Source: Octopus vulgaris
Lineage: Eukaryota
DNA: 64,000 nt
NCBI GenBank assembly: GCA_951406725.2
Contig: OX597818.1
Location: 63,736,001 to 63,800,000, forward strand
Direction of reading: 5' to 3'
Shown: in pieces, positions 25,512 to 34,932 of the stretch
Layout: every line of letters begins with the position of its first letter
Numbering within the stretch: the stretch's first letter is position 1
Notes under the pieces: generated by a model
Database searches by the model: none
The model's input: only the letters and a program-made list of their open reading frames with translations
Told to the model about the DNA's origin: nothing
Translations under genes and position numbers: made by a program

Positions 25512-27816
25512 GCAAGGGCATCAGTTTCCACGACACCAGATGGTAGATACCAACCCCGAAAAACCAAAAATAGTGAATCTTTCTAACCTAAACCTGTCGA
25601 CACCACAAATAAAAATCCTTTCAAGAGGACTGAAATTCACCCCAACTCCGCAATACCCTAACCTGAGGGAAATACAGGATGACATCTCGCACTTTTGCAG
25701 AAAATTACGCCTCACAGAGGAATTTTTTGACAGAAAAACTAATAATAACGACGAATCAATGGTCTGTAACAAAAGCAACTATAATCCCATAAAAGGCAAA
25801 AACAAAACCTTAGACAAATTTTGCGATTACATCTCCAACTTCCCTTATGGTGAACTCCCACAACCTAAACTCAAACCCAACACCAGTAAAAGAGAATGGG
25901 AAATCATCCATACACTACGAGACAATCATGACGTCACAATAAAGGAAGCTGATAAGGGTAGTACGGTCGTTGTTATGAATACTGAGCAATATAAAAACTC
26001 TGTATCTCTCCTTTTAGAGGATACCACATACTACGAAAGAGTAGTCGACTACCAGCAATCCAAAACAATGACCAATCTGAAGGCACTCATTTACCAACAC
26101 CGGAATGACTTGACAGCAAAGGAATGCGACTACATTACTAAATTTAATTGCAAAACCAGCACACTCTATGGCCTTCCAAAAATACACAAGAGTCAAATTA
26201 TCACAGAAGCTTGCAAAAAGTCCACTTCAACCTGCATCACTATACCACATCCCACTGATCTCAAACTGAGACCAATAGTGGCAGGCCCAAGTTGTGAAAC
26301 ACACAGACTTAGCAACTTTATAGATATCATCTTAAAGCCAATACTGAAACACATTCCAAGTATTGTAAGAGATGACCTGGACCTATTAAACCATCTCCCC
26401 AAACATGCCGATAAAGACACCTTAATCGTTTCTTTTGATGTTATTAATCTTTACACCACAATCCCACATGAATTTGGACTGGAAGCCATTAAATTCTGGC
26501 TGGATAAATATCCCAATGAGATCCCGGAAAGAATTAAAAAAGAATTCATAATTGAGGGCCTCAAATTTATTCTGCAAAACAACTTCATGTATTTCCACAA
26601 CAACACTTACAGACAGGTCTCAGGGACTGCAATGGGTACGAAAGTTGCACCTACCTATGCAAACCTGGTGATGGCCTACCTGGAATCACATATCTATGAA
26701 AAATCCAAATATAAGTACGGCCAGTCTTTCCACAAATACCTGTTGGAGAACTGGAAACGCTACTTAGATGATTGCCTCATCCTATGGTCCCACACACTCG
26801 ACCAACTTATAGACTTCAAAAACCTTATCAACAGTGTAAATAACAACATTCAATTCACAATGGAATATAGTCAGGACCAACTCCCTTTTCTTGACATCCT
26901 AATCATTAAAAAAGGCGTCAACATTGAAACTGACATCCATTACAAACCCACTGACTCTAAACAATACCTTCTATTCACCTCCAATCACCCAAAACACACA
27001 AAGACAAATATCCCCTTCAACCTAGCGAGAAGAATCTGCACTATTGTCTCAAATGACACAACACGAAATAGAAGACTCCGGGAACTAAGGGCAATTCTTC
27101 TCGAAAGACATTACCCGGCATCACTAGTAGACAACGGAATAGAACGGGCCAAATCAATCAACATTCAAGACCTTCGAAAACCCAAACACATCCACAGTAC
27201 AGTCAATAGCCTCCCTTATCTCTCAACACACAACCCAAGGAATGCAGAAGCTTACACTATTATATACAACAACATTCCACAACTAAATCAAGACCCACGC
27301 CTGAAAAAAATACTGGCAGCTCATAAAATAATAAAAAGTAAGAGACAACCTAAATCCCTAAAAAACCTCCTCACCAACGCAAAATTACACAACACAAACC
27401 CACCGCCCACCATCAAAAAATGTGGTCGCCCCAACTGTAAGACCTGCATCCACCTCATTGAGGGATCGTCGTACAAGTTCCACTCGGGACACACATTCAT
27501 CATAAAAAATAACTTCACGTGCGCATCAAAAAATTTACTCTACGTCATAAGGTGTGAAGGATGCCACGAAGACTACATAGGGCAAACGAGCCTTACCCTC
27601 AGAGACAGAATGACAGTTCACCGACAACAACTGAGGGACCCCTCCACAAGACAGATACCACTAAGTGGACACTTAGACCTTTGTGCACACAATAAGTCCC
27701 CCAAATTCTTAGTCTTCCCACTATACCAATGCTCGGACAACACCACAGACCAAACACGAATAAATAAGGAAAGTAATCTTATTCAAAAATACAGACCACA
27801 ACTAAACATACTCTAA
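25441..27816 (+). CDS. PLE reverse transcriptase and GIY-YIG endonuclease
   Basis: LSRGLKFTPTP, ADKG, YGLPKIHK, LRPIV, SFDVINLYTTIP, GTAMGT, RYLDD, LPFLD, CGRPNCKTC, LLYVIRCEGC..YIGQT, RMTVH; 791 aa with no stops. True start uncertain. Confidence 0.95.
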   Translation: MSTGDRITYSKIPQIEEPQDSFFRQGHQFPRHQMVDTNPEKPKIVNLSNLNLSTPQIKILSRGLKFTPTPQYPNLREIQDDISHFCRKLRLTEEFFDRKTNNNDESMVCNKSNYNPIKGKNKTLDKFCDYISNFPYGELPQPKLKPNTSKREWEIIHTLRDNHDVTIKEADKGSTVVVMNTEQYKNSVSLLLEDTTYYERVVDYQQSKTMTNLKALIYQHRNDLTAKECDYITKFNCKTSTLYGLPKIHKSQIITEACKKSTSTCITIPHPTDLKLRPIVAGPSCETHRLSNFIDIILKPILKHIPSIVRDDLDLLNHLPKHADKDTLIVSFDVINLYTTIPHEFGLEAIKFWLDKYPNEIPERIKKEFIIEGLKFILQNNFMYFHNNTYRQVSGTAMGTKVAPTYANLVMAYLESHIYEKSKYKYGQSFHKYLLENWKRYLDDCLILWSHTLDQLIDFKNLINSVNNNIQFTMEYSQDQLPFLDILIIKKGVNIETDIHYKPTDSKQYLLFTSNHPKHTKTNIPFNLARRICTIVSNDTTRNRRLRELRAILLERHYPASLVDNGIERAKSINIQDLRKPKHIHSTVNSLPYLSTHNPRNAEAYTIIYNNIPQLNQDPRLKKILAAHKIIKSKRQPKSLKNLLTNAKLHNTNPPPTIKKCGRPNCKTCIHLIEGSSYKFHSGHTFIIKNNFTCASKNLLYVIRCEGCHEDYIGQTSLTLRDRMTVHRQQLRDPSTRQIPLSGHLDLCAHNKSPKFLVFPLYQCSDNTTDQTRINKESNLIQKYRPQLNIL

Positions 27817-27964
27817 CATACCCCCTGGAAGCACATCCAGAGCAAGCACACAGGGACGCGCGCACGCTCACAGCATATCGTGCGGGCGGGCACATGCGCG
27901 CATCGGCACGCATAGGACACACTAGCGGGCATTGACCGCACACATACGTGGCATGCACGCGCAT

Positions 27965-28113
27965 GCATTATATATATGTAGGTGATATATGTGTGTGTGT
28001 GTGTGTGTGTGTGCACTGTGTGCGTGTGTGTGTATATGTGTGTGTGCGCGCGTTGTATGTGTTTGTGTGTGTGCACGTGTGTATATATGTGTGTGTGTGT
28101 GTGCACTGTGTGC

Positions 28114-28148
<35 letters not shown>

Positions 28149-28185
28149 CATTGTATACGTGTGTATGTATTTACATATGTATCTT

Positions 28186-28231
<46 letters not shown>

Positions 28232-29258
28232 TGTGTGTGTATATGCATGGTATGTGTGTATATGTTAGTACTTTGTTTGTGTGTATGTGCGGCATGTAGA
28301 GATATATTTGAATGTGTACGCTATAGGTTTGTAATTTGTGTGTGTGGGGGGTGGTGAATTTTTTATATATATATGTGTGTGTGTATGTGTGTGAAAAAAT
28401 ATATGTATGTGCATGTATGTATGTATGTATGTGTGTATATATATATATATATATGTGTATATATATGTGTGTGTGTGTATGTGTGTGTGTGTATATTTAT
28501 TTGCATGTTTATGTGTGTATAAACATGTACATTATTTGCATGCGCATTGTATATGTGTATATTGTATGTATGTGTATTGGATATGTACGTGTACAATTAA
28601 GTGTATATATTTGTGTGTATGTGTGCACTGTATATATGTATATTGTAGGTGTGCTATATGTGCATGAATACATGTATATGCATTATGTGTATATATATGT
28701 ATGCATTGTGTGTGTATGTATGTTATGTGTGTGTGTGTGTGTATATATATATTATATGTATGCGTACGTGTATGTGTATGCATTGTGTGTATGTGTGTTG
28801 TGTGTATATGTGGTACATTTATGTATGTGTATGTAAACACTATTTATATGTATATGTGTATATATGTATATGCATTGTCTATATATATATATATTGTATG
28901 TATGTATTGCGTATGTATATTGCATGCATATATTGTGTATGTATATTACTTACATGCTGTATGTGTGTATTGTATGTGTATATATATATGCTAGGTGTAT
29001 TTGTGTGATATTTATATTATGTATGTATGTGTGCGTGTGTGTTGTGTGTGTGTGTGTGTATGTGTGTTATATATCTGTGTATATTATATATAGATACATG
29101 TTATATTTGTGTGCTGTGTATATATGTGATATATGTGGGTGCGTTGTGTGTGGGTGTGTGTGTGTGTTGTCTGTATGTGGTTTGTGTTTGTATACTATGT
29201 GTGTGTGTGTGTGTGTTGTTGTGTGTGTGTGTGTTTGTGTGTATATATATGTGTGTGA
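27965..29258. repeat. Degenerate (TG)/(TA)-derived cryptic microsatellite
   Basis: About 1.3 kb of purine/pyrimidine alternation with many interruptions. Confidence 0.9.
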
Positions 29259-29612
29259 CAAACAGACGCTGTCTGACCAGCAGGCACGGACACATCTATT
29301 CACACCCGCATACTAACCTCCTGATAACCCCAAAATCATTCATGCATAAAGGGGAAGTATACACCACATTGGCTACTTCTGTTCTCTCAGTTCAGCCTTT
29401 CTGCTAATACTAACAGGTCAGTAAAAACATACTTAGAATATTCTGAGATGGACAAAAAATCCATTTTAATTTTTGCTGTCAAAACGCTGTATATATATAC
29501 CAAAGATTGTATATATATACATGTAATGTGACAATTTGCGACAACCAATAATTAACGCAACCAATTCCCAATAATATATTTGTTTTATCCTTTTCTGCCA
29601 AATTTTCCCAAA

Positions 29613-29843
29613 TAATGTGACAATTATGTATAAAAAAACATTTTTGAATTCATAATATCCAATGTGACAATTATGTAAAAAACTTTTTTGAATGCATAAT
29701 ATTCAATGTGACAATTATGTAAAAAACTTTTTTTGAACCCATAATATCCAATGTGACAATTATGTAAAAAACTTTTTTGAATGCATAATATTCAATGTGA
29801 CAATTATGTAAAAAACTTTTTTTGAACCCATATTATTCAATGT
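29613..29843. repeat. About 44-48 bp minisatellite, 5 units
   Basis: Unit aatgtgacaattatgtaaaaaactttt(t)ttgaa(tg/cc)cataatat(t/c)c. Confidence 0.92.
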
Positions 29844-29856
29844 TTCCTTAAATGTA

Positions 29857-29897
29857 ACTTTTGACAATCTTTTACCAAAGAGTGAAACCGGTTAAGT
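29857..29897 (+). ncRNA. Minimal type I hammerhead motif with U3:A8 core at the PLE 3' end
   Basis: actt-TTGACAA-tcttt(tacc)aaaga-gt-GAAA-ccggTT|aagt. Confidence 0.7.
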
Positions 29898-29941
29898 AAA
29901 TAAACATCGTTTAAATTGCATTTTCAAACCTTTTTTCTTAC

Positions 29942-30198
29942 ATATATACATATATATATATACATATACATATATATATGTATATGTATGTGTTTATGTA
30001 TGTATATATATATACATATATACATATATATATATATATACATATATATATGTATATGTATGCATAGATGTATGTACTTATGTATATACATATATATATA
30101 TATATGTATATACATATGTATATATATATATGTATATATTCATATATATATATACATATACATATATATATTTATATGTATGCATAGTTGTATGTATT

Positions 30199-30248
<50 letters not shown>

Positions 30249-30252
30249 TATA
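29942..30252. repeat. (TA)n/(TACA)n tract with internal repeated blocks
   Basis: Seen directly. Confidence 0.9.
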
Positions 30253-30396
30253 TTATTTACATTATTTACAATTCACGATATTTGTCCTCATCATATTTGT
30301 TTTTAACATAACGTTTCGGCTGATATACCCGCCACCCTTCATCAGGTGTCCTGGGGAAATTTCGAACCTGGGTTCTCATTCCTAAGGTATTTTTGA

Positions 30397-30463
<67 letters not shown>

Positions 30464-30607
30464 ATTATTATACAGGGTACTTCCTGGAATCGAACTCGAA
30501 ATCTTGGGGTTAGTAGCCCGCGCTTTTAACCACTATGCCAAAAGCCCATGGGCAAATATTTACAATTGACAAATATCCGTCAATTCCTCATCTCTTAAAT
30601 ACAGAAC

Positions 30608-30608
<1 letters not shown>
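30253..30608 (-). mobile_element. tRNA-headed, hammerhead-bearing SINE/retrozyme-like element
   Basis: Minus strand: tRNA-like head 30481-30540, (AAT)n, HHR 30305-30350; terminal direct repeats 30263-30292 and 30557-30592. Confidence 0.75.
30305..30350 (-). ncRNA. Minimal type I hammerhead motif
   Basis: gacac-CTGATGA-a-gggtgg(cgggtata)tcagcc-GAAA-cgTT|atgtt; one mismatch each in stems I and II. Confidence 0.78.
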
Positions 30609-30658
<50 letters not shown>

Positions 30659-31984
30659 TTAGATAGATAGAGATGGATAATTAGATAGATACATTGATAG
30701 ACAGACAGGGAGAGAGAGATACATACTTATGTTTGCTTGTGTATAGACACGAGTTTGCGTGAGTTTGTGTGCTTGCATATAATAGTAATTTCTATAATTA
30801 TCGCTTCTAAGCCTTAAGAGACACTTGACTTAGTAACTATATAGCATATGCGCAAATCTACGCATAAGCTGCAAGCTAGATTTGAATAACGAAATCTTGA
30901 AATCATCCTAAAATTTAATCATATGCATTACACATTAACATAGTATCTACGTATACTATGTATAAACTGTAATGGCTTAGTGTTCACACAGGTAACCATT
31001 GAATTTCGATGATGTTAAATTTAAATAAATTTGAATTGTCCATGAGTTATTCATGCATTAAAATTCAAACTACGTCGTGTATTGTTTATGTCAACAGACA
31101 TTGCATTGCCCCCATTTATAACATCTACACTTTTGCAGTACATCTTATACACGGCTTTAACGTAGTCGGATATATTCAACAACATTCCCTTCGTCGAGGC
31201 ATTAACGTATAAAGCAAGCAAAATGAGCAGCTATTTCTAGTAAATAGAGAGACAACCTACACGCTCATTCGCTACAAAGAGTGGTAGTCAAATAATCATT
31301 AACAGATATAGAGGTGTTCTTTTTTTTCTCTAAAGCAAACTTTAGTATAGCGACAGCTTCGGAAACGTTTAAATATTTAAAAATAAATCGTGACTTGCTT
31401 CCTCAATGAGAAACAGAAACACATAAAAACGATTAAAGACGCAACCGAACTATAATTTTGCGTTGCAAACACTCTGATGGAATTTCACTTTCCTATTTAC
31501 AATGGGTTACACAACGAATGCAGCCCCAAGGTAAGACAGGGATATATTTGTATAAAATTTACATTTCTATTAAAATGTGTGAAAACGTTGCATTAAATAA
31601 GTATATTGAATATAATTTTATTGTTCAGAAAATGTATTCAAATGGAAGAGAAAACACAATTGTTAGATGCAATAGGTGATATAATTGCTATTCACACAGT
31701 AAGGTTAGTTTGTTTTCTGGCAAATATGATGATATAGCGCTGTCTGCATTTGACATATAGTTTTACTATTCGAATTGCTAAATGTCACATATAACAATAT
31801 TAACATCCACCAGTGTTAGTCTTCCCACGAACTTGAATATCCAGCTTAGTATAGCACCGGCTGAAATATATTGACTCTGAATATAACGATGATTTATAAC
31901 AATTATTTAGAAATAAATTCTGCGGCAACCATGAAGATTTCAACTTAAACGGTAAATATACGGGGTAAGTGTGTAGGCACATGA

Positions 31985-32590
31985 ATGGCAGTGTTGGAAT
32001 TAATTTGCTTCCATAGTTTTTTTTTTAGTTCAGTTTCACTGCGTGGCGTCTTGGGAGAGTGATTTCTAGTATTTTTCTTTACTACCCACAAGGGGCTAAA
32101 CACAGAGGGGACAAACAAGGACAGACAAAGGGATTAAGTCGATTCCATCGACCCCAGTGCGTAACTGGTACTTAATTTATCGACCCCGAAAGGATGAAAG
32201 GAAAAGTCGACCTCGGCGGAATTTGAACTCAGAACGTAACGGCAGACGAAATACGGCTTCGCATTTCGCCCGGCGTGCTAACGTTTCTGCCAGCTCGCCG
32301 CCTTTCTAGTATAGTGATTTCTAGTATAGCCTTGGACCGACCAATGCCTAGTCACTGGATGAGGTAGGCGGAAACTGCGTATATATGTGTATATGCGTAT
32401 GTATGTATGTGTGTGCGTGTGTATGCACGCATGTGTGTCTGTTTTTTTGTGTTTATTTTTCACAATTGATTGGTAACCAGTGTTGGTATGTTTACGTCTC
32501 TATAACGCAACGGTTTGGCTGAAAATGTACTGGGATCAATTCATTCGACTAAAGTTTGGTCAAATGACTGAAACAAGTAAATGACAAAAC
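31985..32590 (+). mobile_element. Degenerate family A SINE interrupted by a family B SINE
   Basis: gttcagtttcactgcgtggcgtcttggg...atagccttggaccgaccaatgcc...ggtcaaatgactgaaacaagtaaa. Confidence 0.75.
32073..32302 (-). mobile_element. SINE family B, full length, 15-bp TSD
   Basis: agtgatttctagtat at 32058-32072 and 32313-32327. Confidence 0.93.
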
Positions 32591-34464
32591 ATATAAATAT
32601 TATTTTTTTAAATTGATGTAGGATAACAAAGATGTACAAAAGTGCATTTGGCTCTTGGAAACAGTTGATATTACCACTAATAATTAACACATACAAATCG
32701 TAGAATCATCTCTTTGACGACCTGCCTTGGCATGAATTACCATATGTTCTGAACTACGACAATAGGAAGGGTTATGCAAAACTATTTTTTTAGCATATTT
32801 CCTGTTACATTATTTGTGTATATAAAACAAATGCTCCACTAATTAAATAATCCAACATTGAAGACTTGTAATATTAACAAAATATTTCCATATATTCATT
32901 GTAAATAACCTATTGATTTTAATTTAAATTAACTCACCTTACATTTTCGAAACATCACAATATCGTTAATTAAATTTTCTTGAGGCATATTTTAAACATT
33001 GAATTTGATTGCTCTCTAAAATTGTATTTGATTGGCTGCTATGCTGAGATGTTCAGCGCATTTCCAAGCTGAAAAGAATATCTATTTGTTATTACTATCT
33101 CCTTTAAATTAAATAATTTAGTGTTGTGCAAAATTCTCAATAGAAATTGCAATTGACTATACAACACAACGAAAATACTCTCAAGATGCACAACAGAACA
33201 AAAATACAGTCACGATGCATGTTAACTATTGACAAAGACACCTTTAATAATATATTAAATGTTCGGCATATGAAAACAACATCATCAGAATATTACCAAA
33301 TTAAAGAAATAAAAGAAATATATTGTTTGATAATTTACTGTAGTCTTCTCAAATGAGATAATAATCATGGTCGTGATAAATAGTCAAGACTTCGAAATTC
33401 AGGATTGTAAAATATAAGGGATAAGGAAGATGTAAAAAGAAATGCTGCCACAGACGGTATTCTATTAAATCCAGTTATGAGACATAATGTGTTGCTACGC
33501 ATATGTACAAATTATGTATAGAAGTGAAAAGAGGAATCGCCGATGTTGAGGGTAGCGCAATAATATGTTCGTGCAAACACACGTGTGAGATTTTAGCTAT
33601 GACTAGGTTACCCAAAACTCCACGCAATCTGCTTAAACGTGAAATTGGTTACCTTTGGAGCAAATATTACCATGGACTCTTTTAAAAAGTACTCTTCATA
33701 AAAGTGCATATATGCATGAATCCAGGTAGGAGTAGCGGTTCAGAAGAATGTTAACAAATATGTAAGGTAATATTCAGACCTATATTATTTATGTTTTGCC
33801 TGTAATTTAAGTACTGTTTGTACCTAAATTATAAAGAACTTGGAAAATTAGCATCCTGAATACTTACAGTTTTAACATACAGATGAATATAATATGGAAT
33901 AGGTGAGTGATGTTTTCAATCTTGTTTTTAGCATTAGTTAAATTGCTACCAAGGTATCTTTTTTCTATAGGAGAAATTAGTAGAAAGACTGCGACCATAT
34001 TATTGATATTCGAGCTTCAGACACATGAATAAATTGGTTATTCACATCGATTGAACTTGTAATAGATTCAAAACAGAAAATAGTGTAATAGAAGAAAGAC
34101 ATGAATTTCACAATAACAAAAATCAAACACAACTTCAATGTAATCAATAAATGAACTACAAATTGAAAAAAAAATCTTATTATGACAAACTTCATAATTA
34201 AACAAAAACTACAAACGAATGTAGGATGCACTCAAATTTTGAATAATATCGAACACGAAAGAAAAGATTAAAAAGAAGCATTTCATTTGAAGAAAATCTT
34301 GGAAATTTGAAGTAGCATTCAGCAGGGAATGAAGTGCCATATCAACCCGAGGGAAAATTAATCTAGATATAGAAATATATAATTTTTTTAAAATCACTCC
34401 AGAGTCCTAAAGAAGACAACATAGAATTATCATGAGTTCTTACAAAGTGAGTTTAGAGATATGC

Positions 34465-34497
<33 letters not shown>

Positions 34498-34500
<3 letters not shown>

Positions 34501-34932
34501 CGAAATCAAAATCAAAATCAAAATGAATTCGATGACTGGCATCCATGCTATCGGGGTGCCAAGAGCTCCATTCGAGCGTGTACGTTGCCAGAGCAGCCAA
34601 CTGGCTTCTGTACCATGGCATGTAAAAGGGCATCATTCGACCGTGATCGTTACCAACGTCGCTTCACTGGCACCTGTGCCGGCGGCACGTGTAAAAAGAT
34701 TCGAGTGAGGTCATTGCCAGTACCGTCTGACTGGCCTCCGTGCCGGTGGCACGTAAAAAGCACCCACTACACTCTCGGAGTGGTTGGCGTTAGGAAGGGC
34801 ATCCAGCTGTAGAAATTCTGCCAGATCAAGATTGGGGCCTGGTGCAGTCATCTGGCTCGCCAGTCCTCAGTCAAAATCGTCCAACCCATGCTAGCATGGA
34901 AAGCGGACGTTAAACGATGATGATGATGATGA
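34498..34932 (+). mobile_element. Non-autonomous retroposon with RTE-type 3' end and (GAT)n tail
   Basis: GC-rich; internal repeats of ggtggcacgtaaaaag; ends ggcgttaggaagggcatccagc...cccatgctagcatggaaagcggacgttaaacgatgatgatg. RTE link from recall. Confidence 0.75.

Larger units (their letters stand above)
24589..29941 (+). mobile_element. Penelope-like retroelement (Neptune-type linker), 5'-truncated, with long 3' region ending in a hammerhead
   Basis: Upstream ORF, then RT/GIY-YIG ORF, 3' non-coding region and HHR at 29857-29897; flanked by (TA)n. Inclusion of 27960-29941 is inferred. Confidence 0.8.

Noticed and set aside
27820-27960. SECIS/selenoprotein PLE
   Set aside because: ORF has no in-frame TGA and ends in TAA; no SECIS core seen.
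29613-29843. Repeat array as CRISPR
   Set aside because: No unique spacers, no cas genes, eukaryotic context.
30481-30540. Functional tRNA gene (also other SINE heads)
   Set aside because: No acceptor stem pairing; embedded in retroposon bodies.
33420-34455. Exon-like purine-rich blocks with plausible splice sites
   Set aside because: Stops in all frames and no recognisable family.
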